Of a stretch of 64,000 bases of DNA, positions 16,401 through 28,833 are shown in pieces. Location of the stretch: the NCBI RefSeq assembly GCF_009914755.1, contig NC_060933.1, one strand, 5' to 3'. This DNA is from the human T2T-CHM13v2.0 reference genome, Homo sapiens. The translations under genes were made by a program, and so were the position numbers. Under the pieces are notes generated by a model. The model was not told the origin of the DNA, did not search any database, and saw only the letters and a list, made by a program, of their open reading frames with translations. Within the stretch, counting starts at the first letter, position 1; the number at the start of each line of letters is the position of its first letter.

Positions 16401-17064
16401 ACTTTAGGCTTTCCTCTCCTGTGCATCTGGAGAAGAAATAGTCATCACGCAGCTTCTAGCTCTGTCAACTCAGGAGTCTCTAAACATTCTAGAACAGCAG
16501 TGCAATGGCCATAGGTTAAAACAGAACCCTGTCTATGCAGCTGGAAAGAATGCGGAACCATTTAGTTCAGGCTGGGGTTGACAAGGCTGTCTTTTCAACG
16601 TTAGCCTTGAAAAAAATCACTTATACCTGTGAGTTTAAAAAAAAGCACAGGTAAATTTATTTTTTCATATCTTGTTTTCAGGTTAGAGATCCTTTCTTGT
16701 ATTGATGTATGGAATTAATGCGTGAAACCCTACTTCAGCCAATGATGCCTTTTTTTGGCAATAAAAAATGTAAATAGTCTGCTTGGGAGTGAATAAATAG
16801 AAATTCAGGTGTACAGTATTGTCCTACTTGTAACAGGGGTCAATCATGAGTATGTTTACTGAGCAATCAGTGTTTACTAAGAGCAAGAAACTGACCTGCT
16901 CACTATTTTGACTTATTGATTCACTAAGATCTTACTTCTTGGCCTTTTCTCTAAGAAACCAGTAAAACTATCTTTTAAAAATTCAATTATAATGTATATT
17001 ACTGGTATATGCAAGCAACACAAAACAAAACAGTCTTCTAACAAAACCTTGACCAAAGAATTAT

Positions 17065-17342
17065 ACAGGTGCTGTGGCTCATGCCTGTAATCCCCATGCT
17101 TTGGGAGGCCAAGGCTGGTGGATTGCTTGAGCTCAGGAGTTTGAGACCAGCCAGAGTAACAAGGTGAAATCCCACTTCTACAAAAAAATACAAAAAGTTA
17201 GCTGGGTGTGGTGGTGCATGCCTATAGTCCCAGCTACTCGGGAGGCTGAGGTAGGAGGATTATTTGAGCCCTGGAGGTCGAGGCTGCAGTGAGCCATGTT
17301 CACACCACTCCACTCCAGCCTGGGTGACAGAGCAAGAAAAAA
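17065..17342 (+). mobile_element. AluJ (Jb-like)
   Basis: ggattgcttgagctcaggag, gaggattatttgagccctggaggtcgaggctgcagtgagccatg; flanks aaagaat(t/a)a. Confidence 0.9.
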
Positions 17343-17586
17343 GAATAACATCTTGGTAGTTATATAGCAAAAAACTGACCAGGGGAAAATTTGTCTGGTT
17401 AAAAATAATCAACATGAACTTAAAAAGGCAGTGGCTAAAATTATACATGATAATTAAAAAAATACATTATGGAAAAATCGAATCTTTTTGAAAAAATTTA
17501 GATCTAAAAAGCTTGGGTTAGAAACATTGGATTTGACCAAAATATTGGCCACAGAAAGACAAGACAGAACAAACGGGAACACCTTT

Positions 17587-18223
17587 TGTGATGATTAATT
17601 TTAGGCGTCAACTTGACTGGATGGAGGACTCCCTAGAGTGAGGGTATTTCCAGAAGAGACTCGGCATGTGAGACTTAGTGGACTAAGTGGGGAAGATCTA
17701 CCTTCACTGTGGGTGGGGCATCATCCAGTGGGCAGTGGGCCCGGATAGAACAGAAACAGAAAAAAAGGCAAATTGGCTTCTTTCTCTGGGAGCTGGGATA
17801 CACTCTTCTGCTGCTGCTGGAACATCAGAACTGTAAGCTCTCTGGCCTTTGGACTCCAGGACTTAGACCAGTGGCTGTTTAGGTGATTAGGCTTCTGGGC
17901 TCAGACTGAGAGTTACACCATCAGCTTCCCTGGCTTCCTGGGTGCTACTGGCTTCCCAGGGTCTCCAGCTTGAAGACAGCCTGTTGTGGGACTTCTCAGC
18001 CTCCAAAATCATGTGAATTCCCCTGATAAACCCCCTTTTGTATATCTGTATACCTATATCTGTCTTCTCTATCTCTGTCACCTTTATTTCTCTATCTATC
18101 ATCTATCTATTGTCTATGTATCTATTGTCTATCTATCTATTGTCTATGTATCTATTGTCTCTCTCTCTCTCTCTCTCTCTCGATTGGTTGATTCTATCTC
18201 CCTAGGGAACCCTGACTAATACA
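17587..18223 (+). mobile_element. MLT2B-like ERVL solo LTR with internal (TCTA)n/(TC)n repeat (about 18040-18180)
   Basis: tgtgatgattaattttaggcgtcaacttgactgg start; gaaccctgactaataca end. Confidence 0.85.
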
Positions 18224-18514
18224 CCTCCCAGTGGCAGATGCTAAATTCTGTAAAATTTGGTATGGACATAAAACTAATCAATGAACTAAATTTCACTGGA
18301 CTAAATTTATGCCATAAATTTTATGAGGAAATGATTTAATAGCAATCAAACTAAATTTATTAAAATAGAAATAAAAATGGAAATAATTGAGTATCGTTTA
18401 AGCAAGGAATTAAATTAATAGAGTTCACTTCTGAAAATGTCTCTTTATGAACATGGATTCATGTTGGTGCAACTCAGACCTCTCCTGGTCCACATGCTCT
18501 AGGGATGTTCTGAC

Positions 18515-18980
18515 ACAGTACAAATTCCGAGCCCTAGCTGTGGCCTGGCCCTGCGCGGCTTGGCTGTTAGTTATGCCTCTTGCCTCATCTCCTCCACCTG
18601 GCCCTGGTTCCCTCTGCTCCAGCCACACTGCTGTCCTTACTGTTACTTGTACATGCCAGGCACACACTCCTTTGATCTTGCCATGTTACCTCTTCTCCCA
18701 GATATCACCCAATTCACTCATCACTTTGTGGTGGTCTCTACTTAAGTATCACTTCTCAGAGAGAACTTCTTGGACTACCCTACTCACTCTCCACCCTCTT
18801 TCCTTGCTTTCTTTTTTCTCATGGTAATTACTATTTCCTGACATTATTATATCTGTCTATTTGTCTTGCCTCCTTGGCTAGACTGTGGGCTCCAAAGGCT
18901 TTGGTTCACTGCTCACTCTGCAGTGTCTCAAAGAGGGCTGGGGATGCAGGAAGCTTGACAAATACTGGTTGAACAAATTC
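18515..18980 (+). mobile_element. L2 (L2a-like) 3' region
   Basis: ctctgctccagccacactg, tcacttctcagagag, ctagactgtgggctcc, acaaatactggttgaacaaat. Confidence 0.7.
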
Positions 18981-19124
18981 TCATTAAAATGTTTGCATTC
19001 ATTACCACAGAGCCAACATTTTCCCTGCATTGAACTTCAGAGTCAAAATATTCAAGAAGTCAACATTGGAGGAGAAAAGGGACAGGATCTACATATTCTG
19101 CATCACCAGAACCCGTGGTCTGCA

Positions 19125-19500
19125 TATGTGGCCAACATTAGTGCCATTCACTGATGGTTCTGATTTTCTTCCTTCTGGGTAATTCCCCTCTGTCTTGAAG
19201 ATGAGCATGGTCATAGGACTTGACTTGGTCAATGAAACATGAGCAGAAGGGATGCATGTCACTTCCATGTAGAGAAGCCTTGCAGAGCTCCTGTGCAATT
19301 TCCTAAGTCCTTCTCCCTGCTGTGGTGAACAGAGACGCTCTTGACAATTGTGACTTTATCATCCTCGGCCCTTGAGGGGGGATGGTGGGTGCTGGAGCTC
19401 TCCCACCAACCTGAGTTTGATGTGGAGCAGGAGGCAGAGCTATTCTTCTGTGGTTTTAGGGCCACTGAGATTTTAGGGTTGTTTATTGCATAACCACCCC
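19125..19500 (+). mobile_element. MLT1J-like LTR
   Basis: ttggtcaatgaaacatgagcagaagggatgcatgtcacttcc; gtggttttagggccactgagattttagggttgttt. Confidence 0.65.
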
Positions 19501-19549
19501 CAACCTTTTAATCTTTACCTTGGCCATAGGTGGCATTCATTATTATTAT

Positions 19550-19675
19550 CATTTATCACCATGGAAATAGACTTCACAGAGGACAAGCAATTTGTCAAAT
19601 GTCACATAGCTACTAAGTGGCAGAACTGAAAATTCAAACCCAATTCCAGCTTATTGCATGACCTGAGCTCTTCAC
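19550..19675 (-). mobile_element. MIR remnant
   Basis: cacagaggacaagcaatttgtcaaatgtcacatagctactaagtggcagaactgaaaattcaaaccc. Confidence 0.65.
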
Positions 19676-20720
19676 TTGATCTTCGCCAAAAGGCCGAGAA
19701 GTGATGGCCTGAGCTCTTAAACATAAGCCTGCCAACTTCTCAGGAATTATCAAATATGTTACAGTCCACAGGGGCAAAAACATGCTCATAAGAGCTACAC
19801 CAGGCTTGTTCAAAACCAGGGAACCATTTACATCCTTTCAAAATCATGTGACATGGCAGTGATCCAGAGAGATCATCAGATCTCTAGGTATATAGTTTCC
19901 TTTGACTGCCAGCACATGCAATAAATTAACTATTAAAACCCATGTGAAGGTAACTTGGATTTGATGACTTTGGAAGGGGGCTGGACAAGTTCCTGCTTGG
20001 GTAGATTTTAGCTATTCCATCATTTCCATTTAGAGTTTTGAAAAACCCAGTGGCTTTACCTAGAAACAAAACAGACATATTCTAAAACTGATATTTGAGG
20101 AGGCCCAGTATATTCTTTTCCTATGTGCAAATTTAGAAGAAATCAGGCCATCTGATGGTTAGGGGAGGGCATGGCCCAGGGCAAAGAGTGGCAGGATCTC
20201 AGACCTGTGGCTGAAGGCTCAGAGCCCACCCTGCAGACTAAAACCCAGCCTAGGGCTGGTGGGGCGGGGTGGGAATATGACTCTTATTTCTATGTTTCCC
20301 TGACTGGCACCTCATTTTCTTTTAATCAGACAGTATTTAGGGCCTGTTGTCATGTTGGGGTTCAGTTTTGACAATTGTTTTCCATTTAGATCAATTATGA
20401 TTTGAATTACTTCAAATTCAGGGGAGAGGGGCTCCTTACTATTTCCTCCATATATGGCCAAGACAGGCAAGCAGATAATTTTTCAAACATGAAGAAAACT
20501 ACTTTTGCAAATTTAAGATGGGATAGTCATTACATGTGCAGGAAAAAATGTTCTGTAATGAGTTTATTTCAGGATATCAGCCATAATGTGTGTATAAATA
20601 TAAACACACGCTTATACACACACACATTTTATATAATGAGGTCTAATTAAGAATTGCTGAATCCTTTCTTATAGAGCTTTTTGGTTTAAGCACGTGTGTG
20701 AACAAATTTAAATGTGAGGG

Positions 20721-21052
<332 letters not shown>

Positions 21053-21230
21053 TGATTTTAAAATTGTATTCATGTCTCAGAACAGAATAGAACAAGGGAC
21101 AGGTGGTTTCCTTCAGATAAGAGTCGAAATGTGGCACTTTATAGTCTAGTCTCTCTCAATGTGGTGAGGCTGTCATTCATCAACACAGGGACTCCCACAA
21201 GCTGGGTGTTTAGCTTTATTTCTCTCTCAG

Positions 21231-21251
21231 ATTGAAGCCTGCAAAATGTAG
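21231..21251 (+). other. Candidate 21-nt microexon (unverified)
   Basis: ctttatttctctctcag|attgaagcctgcaaaatgtag|gtgagt: pyrimidine tract plus CAG acceptor and near-consensus donor. Confidence 0.3.
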
Positions 21252-21464
21252 GTGAGTGTTTCTTCCACTGAACTCTCACCTTTTACTGTAATTGAAGAGG
21301 CCGTTAGGAAGAGGTCTGCATTTGGACTCTTGAAAGGCCCTGTGGATGGACAAGCCTAAAAAAAGGTGAACTGGCATTCTGAAGAGCTCTGTTCAGTTCT
21401 TAGAAAAAAGTTGGGCTCCTTCTGCTAACACATTTCGTTTCATTTTCTTTTTTAAACTTTACAG

Positions 21465-21512
21465 CAGCACCAGCCTGAGAATATTAACACATCTCATTTT
21501 TTAAAAAGCTAG
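21465..21512 (+). other. Candidate 48/45-nt exon with stops in all three frames (unverified)
   Basis: Branch point tgctaac (21423-21429), pyrimidine tract, tandem CAGCAG acceptor, donor tag|gtaaag. Confidence 0.3.
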
Positions 21513-21627
21513 GTAAAGGAAGCCAGTGGAACAAAAGCAATTGTGGGCACTAATGAAAAGCTGAGAGAAGAGAAAATCAATAATCCCCTGTGTGTGGCTC
21601 TGAACACCATTTTCTGTGGTCAGGAGT

Positions 21628-21918
21628 CAGGTGGTGTGTATGTGGTGTGTGTATGTGGTGTGTGTGTGGGGGGGGTGTGGGGGGGGTGTGTGTGGGGGGT
21701 GTGTGTGTGGGGGGTGTGTGGTGTGTGTGTGCTCTGTGTGGTGTGTGTGCTGTGCGTGTGGTGTGTGTGTGGTGTGTGGCGTGTGTGTGGTGTGTGTGTG
21801 GGTGTGTGTGGTGTGTGTGTGGCGTGTGTGTGGCATGTGTGCTGTGTGTGTGGTGTGTATGTGGTGTGTTTGTGGCATGTGTGTGGTGTGTGTGGGGGTG
21901 TGTGTGGCGTGTGTGTGA
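21628..21918. repeat. Degenerate (TG)n/(TGTGG)n low-complexity repeat with four long G-runs
   Basis: About 290 nt almost entirely G/T; G8 21668-21675, G8 21679-21686, G6 21694-21699, G6 21709-21714. Confidence 0.95.
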
Positions 21919-22152
21919 ATGCACACGCTAGTGCTGCAGAGGGGTTGCAATGCAGCAGAGATGGTGGCAGAGACATGGACGTAGTTCTTGCCAAACTGTG
22001 TTTCACTAAGAGTCTCATTAAGGAGAGAAGGCCTGCCGAATGGGAGGGCTTGGAGCTCTGCTGCAAGGGGGAAGAGACTGAGTCTGGGAGGGAGTAACAG
22101 TCCTGAAGCCTCGTGGTGACTCCAGGGCTTCCATGACCCATTGGCAAGCATG

Positions 22153-22916
22153 TGGGTTGAGTGGTGTTTCCCCAAAAGATATGTTCTAGTCCTAGCCCCT
22201 GGCACCTGATGATCTTACTTGGAAATAGGGTCTTTATGAGATCATACTGGATTACAGTGGTGCTATGGTCTGAATGTTTATGTCCCCCCAAATTCATATG
22301 TTGAAATCCTAACTCCCAAGGTGATAGTCATTGGAGTTGGGGCCTTCAGGAGGTGATTAGGTCATCAGAGTGAAGCCCCCAGGAATGAGATCAATGCCCT
22401 TATGAAAGAGGCACGAGGCCACTCATTCACTCCTTCCACCAAGTGAGGTTACAGCGAAAAAACTGCTGTCTGTGTGGTGGGCCCTCGCCAGACACTGGAT
22501 CTCTCACCATCTTGATGTTGGACTTCCCAGCTCCCAGAACTGTGAGCAGTAAATTTCTGTTGTCTGTAAGCCACCCCGTTTATGGTGTTTTGTTATAACA
22601 GCCTGAACTTACTGAGACGGGGGGCTCTGATCTAGTGACTGGTGTCCTGAGAAGGGGGAAGAAGACCTTGTGGTGACAGAGGCAGAGGTTGAAGTGCCAA
22701 AGCTCTAGGCCGAGGAATGCCAAAGACTGCCAGCAACCATGGGGAGGTGGGAAGGGGAGGGAAAGATTCTTCCCTAGAAGCTTCAGATGGAACCTGGCCC
22801 TACTGACACCTTGATTTCAGACTTTGGGTCTCCAGAACTGTGAGAAAATACATTTCTGTTGTTTGAAGCCAATCAGCCTGTGGGTTTTGATACAGCAGGC
22901 CCTGGAAACTAAGACA
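22153..22916 (+). mobile_element. MLT1C-like LTR (host of an MLT1A)
   Basis: tgggttgagtggtgtttccccaaaagatatgtt..ggaaatagggtcttt; resumes at 22620; gaaactaagaca end; likely TSD gcatg (22148-22152, 22917-22921). Confidence 0.75.
22261..22619 (+). mobile_element. MLT1A-like LTR
   Basis: tgctatggtctgaatgtttatgtccccccaaattcatatgttgaaatcctaa start; gttataacagcctgaacttactgagac end. Confidence 0.85.
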
Positions 22917-23176
22917 GCATGCAAAAGGCCATCGTGTCAGTGTCAGGCAGTGGGGGAAGGTGAGCAGAGTGGGACTCAGAGGTGCTTAGAGGTGAGGAGA
23001 GAGGGGTCTGCAGCTTGTTGACAGTGGTTCCAGGTGTACCACCACAGAGACTGCTGGGGAAAGTGCTGATTTCTCATTTAGTGGGACTAGGGCAGAGCTT
23101 TTAGGTTGGCTGCAGGAACAAGCAGCACACAGGTATTCAGGTATAATCAGGTTTCTCAACCCCCAACCTTTTTCAC

Positions 23177-24087
23177 TGTGAGACAGATTGTATTTTCCAA
23201 AGGTGCCCATGACAATAGCTCCTATCCCTCTTGCTCTTTAGAATTTTGCTACCCCTCATTATGCATTAAGGTCCAGTTCCCTTCTCCTTGGATCTAGGCA
23301 GGCTTATGATGTCTTTCTAATAGAATATGTTAAAAATGATGCTGCATGATTTCAAGGTTAGGGAATGAAAAGCAATGCAGCTTATATCCTGTGCACTAGA
23401 AATGTAGACTTGTTCTGTAGCCCAGTGCCATCATAAAGCAGTCCAATTGCCCTATAGCTGCCATGTTGCAAGGAAGCTCAAACTATCCCACTTGGAGAGA
23501 CCACATGGAGAAGCTCCAAGAAGAAAGAGATGACAGGCCATTCACAGGCTACTCCTGGCCCCTCTCCTTTAACCCACAGTGTTCCAACTCCAGTCAGTAA
23601 ACTACCCTGAGCCAAAACCACCTCACCAAGTTTTTCCTGAATTCCTGACATGCACAAATTGTGAGCAACAATAAAAAAAAATATATATATATATATATAC
23701 ACACATATATATACATATACATATATATATGTATATATATATGTATATGTATTTAGAGACAGGTTCTAGCTCTGTCACCCAGGCTCACGTGCAGTGCTGT
23801 GATTATAGCTCCCTAAAACTTGAGCTCCCGGGCTCAAGCGATCCTCCTGCTTCAGCCTTCCAAGTAGCTGGGTCTAGAGGCATGCACCACCATGCCTGGC
23901 TACTTTTTAAACATTTTTTGTAGGGATGGAGTCTCACTTTGCTGCTCAGGCTGGTCTTGAACTCCTGGCCTCAAGCAATCCTCTCGCTTCCCAAAGCGCT
24001 GTGTGTGAGCCACTGTGCCTGGCCAAATATATATTTCTGAAGACAGTTTTAGGGTGCCTTATAATGCAAAACAGTAATAACTGGAAT
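23177..24087 (+). mobile_element. MLT1H-like LTR interrupted by an AluJ
   Basis: tgtgagacagattgtattttccaaaggtg, gctgccatgttgcaaggaagctcaaact, cctgaattcctgac..aataaa; resumes gttttagggtg..gtaataactggaat. Confidence 0.7.
23681..24024 (-). mobile_element. AluJ with (TA)/(TACA) microsatellite tail
   Basis: AT repeat 23681-23752 then antisense AluJ; aaatatatat on both sides. Confidence 0.88.
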
Positions 24088-24152
24088 CCCTTCCAACTTT
24101 TGCCCAAGTCCCACTTCTCCCATGGGACCTTCTCTGATTCTGGAGGTCATGA

Positions 24153-24526
<374 letters not shown>

Positions 24527-25934
24527 TTTTCCTCCATTTAGAGCTCGGTCTTGCTGGTGCCAGTCTCTATTTTCTGCAGTTCCTCTGGGACACCTCACAC
24601 ATTCCATGCCTTCATAATACAGAATTCATGGTGTTCTTCCTCCCTCTGCTTCTAACCCTGCCAAACCACGCCCATCCCAGCTCTGTCCGCAACAAGAGGA
24701 CCTCCAGGGATTAGATCTCCTTAAGAGCAGGGTTGATGATCTAGTGATGGTAATGGGGTTTTCATTACAACAAGAAAACATTCTTCTAGTTAATCATGAA
24801 CTGCTAAATGAAAAGCCTGTCTGTCTCACCCTTGGGGGCTGTGTCTTACTCTCTTTTGCATCCCTACATGAGTTCAGTGATTGGCCGAAAAAAAGGCCAA
24901 GAATGGATGGATGAATGATGGGTAAATAAATGAATGGAGAGAAATACTTGGAAAATAGGCAGTGGAATTTGCAAAATTGCCACACATGTGCTACGTCTTC
25001 CCAATTCTGTGCGTGTGGAAGTCATGGCGAACAGACCCCAGCACTCCTGAGGGCCAGGGAGACTGCCTCACGCTCTCTTTGTTTAAGCACAGAACTACAA
25101 ATAGAAACTAGGAATCAATCCTATTTTGTACTGGAGAGGACTAAAAGCATAAAGACTCTTTTTTGCTACTTCAATTTATTAAAAATATTGTTAAAATAGA
25201 AGTTAAAATTCTGCATACAATTGCTTTTTGGATCTCCTTCTACAGTTTTGAGCAAAGTTCATTAAACCCATCTATTTACATGTTCCTGGACTTTTCACAT
25301 GCATAGATTTCACATTAAGGAAAAATATTGTGATGCTTTATGGCCTTTGCAGTTGACTGGAGTGTGGTGAAGTATTTAAGTAAGGAGTTCGTCTCAAAAA
25401 GGGAACAAATAATAAAGCAAGGTGTGGGATTCTGGAGTTGATAGTCAATAATGTTGGCAGTGTTTACAACCAATCCCTTACCAGGATGACAGGACCAATG
25501 GAGAAGGGAAATTACCCACCCACCCACATAATTGCACCAGTTGTTAGAATCGGTTAATAGACCATAAAAAAATCAATCCAAGAGAAGCATAAAGAAATAC
25601 CTACGAGAGTAGATGTTTGTTATTACTGGTTTTCATGTGCAGCCCCATGTGAGCACCTTACTCATTGAAAACAGGGTGGCATTTCTGATAATTTTCCTGT
25701 CACTCTCTGCTTTTGTGCCTTCCTTTTATTGGGAATGATTTTTTTGTTTTCTGTTCTTTCATGTTTTGATTGTTGTATTACTGGCCTGGGTTCTGTGGAA
25801 CGAATGGGGATATTATGTGGTGAAAAGTATTCTTTTTTGTGCACGGACTGGGGAACCAGGGAGGGTCTTAAATTCCGTATATAAATTATCCCATTTAATC
25901 CCAACTACCCTTCTCCCCTCCTCCCCATGAGGAA

Positions 25935-26050
25935 GTTACCATTATTAGCTCCATTCTACAGAGGAGGAAACTGATGCCCAGAGAAGGGAAGCCTCTTGCC
26001 ACAGAACTAAAGAGGGCTTTCAAATCCAGGCCTGCCTGTCTGGGCCAAAG
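25935..26050 (-). mobile_element. MIR remnant
   Basis: attattagctccattctacagaggaggaaactgatgcccagagaagggaag..ttcaaatccaggcctgcctg. Confidence 0.75.
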
Positions 26051-26070
26051 GTACTGCTGTGTCTATTGAA

Positions 26071-26387
26071 CGAGTCCACAATTCCTTATTCGAAAGGTTT
26101 AAAGCCAGATGTTTCTGAAATTCAGTAGGGTATAGGAGGAGGATATGACACACATTCCATAGAGTACTTAATACTCCCAGTGGGGTCTGGAGTAGCACCC
26201 TGTAATCAAATCCATTAATATTTTAGCAGTGAAACATATCGACATTCAAACTAATGTGATACACAAAAAGTACAAAATATCTCATTTTTTAGTTGCCCAA
26301 TGATTTTGTGCCTATCTTATGTTTTTGTTTCTTTGGAATTTCAGAGCTTCTGGCTCTCATCCGTTCAGATAAGGAGTTGAGCCTGTA
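26071..26387. mobile_element. TcMar-Tigger non-autonomous element (MER46C-like)
   Basis: Degenerate TIRs gtccacaattccttattcga / tcagataaggagttgagcctg followed by TA; internal cccagtggggtctggagtagcaccctgtaatcaaa. Confidence 0.7.
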
Positions 26388-26899
26388 TTATCCTGGCTCC
26401 AAGGAGTGAGTTGGCACACATCTCTCCTCTTTCTCAGGGAACTCTGAAATGGAGCAAGCTAGAGCTAAAACAAAACAAAAACCTGATGCTGTTTGTCACT
26501 GGCCAGACTTGTAACTACTTGACATTTGAAAAATGAAAATGGCTTTAAGGGCAAATTGGGAGCAGAACTGTAACAGTCCTTCACAAACTACCAAGTCCAG
26601 AGAAGCAAGAAGACGAGGGATCTGTCTGTGGTCTTTGTGAACAGATCTCATTGAGGGCCCCTTGAGCTGTAATTCTAAACTGCCATCCACACAGAGGAGC
26701 CATTTGGATGGCCCATGGGACTGAGACCCTGCTGCTCTTCCAGCCCTCCCTTTTCAGATCTGTCCTCTGAGGATTGATAGAGGATCAGAGTGCCCCTGGT
26801 ATGTGTCCCAAGTAATTGGATTGACCCTTAGAAGAAAAGGTTGGTTCAGATAAAATGAAAATTATAAGTGAAGGGTGAGATTCACATTCTGGAAGATCT

Positions 26900-27262
26900 G
26901 TAGTTTACTTGGAGGATGGGTTTTCAACCTTGTTCTATTATTCTATGCTTCTCTATTATACAAGATAAATGGATGGTTTCTGCCCATCCACAGCTCCCCA
27001 GGAGCTCCATCTCTCTTGGTGGTGCCATTTGACCACCCTCCCTGCTACCCTGTAGTCACAACTGATTGGGCCAAGCTGGGCCATTCTCACTTTTCTCTCT
27101 TGAAATTTAATGTTAAGACATGGAAACTGAGTACATCAGGTGGTTACAAGCTCTGGGTTTGTAAGTCACAGCCCTAGGTCCATACCTTTGTATTCCCTTC
27201 ACCCTGTAGTGCTGTAAAGGAAGAGAAACCAGGAAGGTGATACACATGGAAGAGATTTGAAG

Positions 27263-27317
<55 letters not shown>

Positions 27318-27585
27318 AAGATCAGATTGAGCTTGGTAAATCTCCTGGGTCAGGGTACCCCAAGATTGTCCAAACAACCCAGAGGCTAGGGATTGGTGGG
27401 ATCCAGAGGTTGGTAGCTCCTGTGAACTTCCTATCATAGCCCTTGGATATCCCTGACTGGAGAAGCTGCTGAGAACTCATCTGTGAAGTTGTTGCCTCAG
27501 ACCCCATGTTGTCCAGTAATCCTTCCTTCCAGGCCACTGTCTTTCCCCCTGGACAAAACTCAGTGTGGAGTTGGGCTCTTTAACT
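26900..27585 (+). mobile_element. Possible ancient ERVL LTR (LTR33/41-like)
   Basis: actgattgggccaagctgggccattctcacttttctctcttgaaattt resembles the LTR33-type core; otherwise highly diverged. Confidence 0.3.
27265..27317. repeat. Compound (AC)n(AG)n microsatellite
   Basis: About 16 AC followed by about 10 AG units. Confidence 0.95.
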
Positions 27586-27816
27586 TTCTCACATTTTAAC
27601 TTGAGGAGTTGGACCAGATCAATATTCCCTGAAGTATGATATGTGTACTACTGCTAGTATTATACTGATGTTTCAATTATACAAGATAATTTCAGGAACT
27701 ATGTGAATAAATATTTCTTTTATTGTGTATTTATTTTCATGTATATTAGACAACTATACCTTATACATTATATACATTTATATTTACACTATATATTATT
27801 ATTACATATAGTACAT

Positions 27817-28833
27817 TATATTTTAGTCAGGGTAGATTAGGCCTTGCTGTATAACAAGTACACCACCATGCAGTAAAGGATCAACTAAGCAAGTATGAGT
27901 GGTCCAAACCCTGCCCCTTCCAAAGAAGGCTTTGGCACTTACCTGGCTCCTGGGAAATAATCTCTTAAGTCCCTGGAACATTTTGTCTGTTAAGAATGTG
28001 TCTGTTTGCCAGACACCTTGGGCCCCATCAGAGAGTTTATGCTAGCAATGTGATTTATGGTGGGGATATTGAGCAGCACAATATCAGCTTGACCTCTGGA
28101 GGGGATGGAGAAAAGGTCAGCCACCTGGGTGATCTGCCATGTCTATGTTATTAAACCCCCAATAAAAACTCTGGATGTTGAGACTCTGGTGAGACTATCT
28201 GGTTGACAATACTTAACACGTGTTGTCACACATCATTGGTAGGAGAACTAAGTACTGTCTACATGACTCAACTGGGAAAGGGCTACTGGAAACTTAACGC
28301 CTAGACTCTCCTGGCCTCTGACCAATGGAAAGACCCCATGTGCTTTTTCCATTGCTGATTTTAATCTTTGTCCTCTCACTGTAGTAAACTGTGAGCATAA
28401 CAGCTTTTTAAAGTTCAGTGAGTCCTTTTACTGAATCATTCCACCAAAGTGTGGTCTTGAGGACCAAACACAACTACAAAATCTTAATGGCATAACACAA
28501 TAAAAATTTACTTGCTGTTCATGTGAAGTCTGGTGCAGGACTGGATGCCCTATTGTCATCCATTCTCTAAGCAGTTAAGAGAACCCAGCTCTGCCATCTC
28601 AGAGTCCACTGTTTCTATTCACACAGATGCCAGAATGAGATCAAGGAAGAACATGCAGGATGTTTTAGGGGCCAGGCTTGTAAGTTTAAGTATCACTTCC
28701 ATTAAGAGTCTATTGGCCAGAATCCAGTTATATGGGGCCAACCTAATGCAAGGATGGTTGAGGAAGAGGGTCTTCTTGTGTCACCAAGAAGAGGAAATAA
28801 AAAATGGTAAGCATCTAACTAGTCTTTATCACA
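27817..28833 (-). mobile_element. MLT1J/K-like LTR, host of a MER77
   Basis: ttagtcagggtag..gctgtataacaa then, after the insert, caaaatcttaatggcataacacaataaaaattta..ctattggccagaatccag..atcaca; flanks tacat/tacct. Confidence 0.65.
27869..28472 (+). mobile_element. MER77-like LTR
   Basis: tgcagtaaagga..gtccaaaccctgc..ttccaaagaa..ggctcctgggaaataa..gtttatgctagcaatgtgatttatggtg..cccaataaaaactctgga. Confidence 0.7.

Noticed and set aside
16624-16653. 8-bp inverted repeat tacctgtg..cacaggta
   Set aside because: Short stem expected by chance in 64 kb; no terminator or RNA-gene context
21543-22297. Six long overlapping ORFs up to 225 aa (Cys/Val or His/Thr rich)
   Set aside because: Stop-free only because they cross the TG repeat
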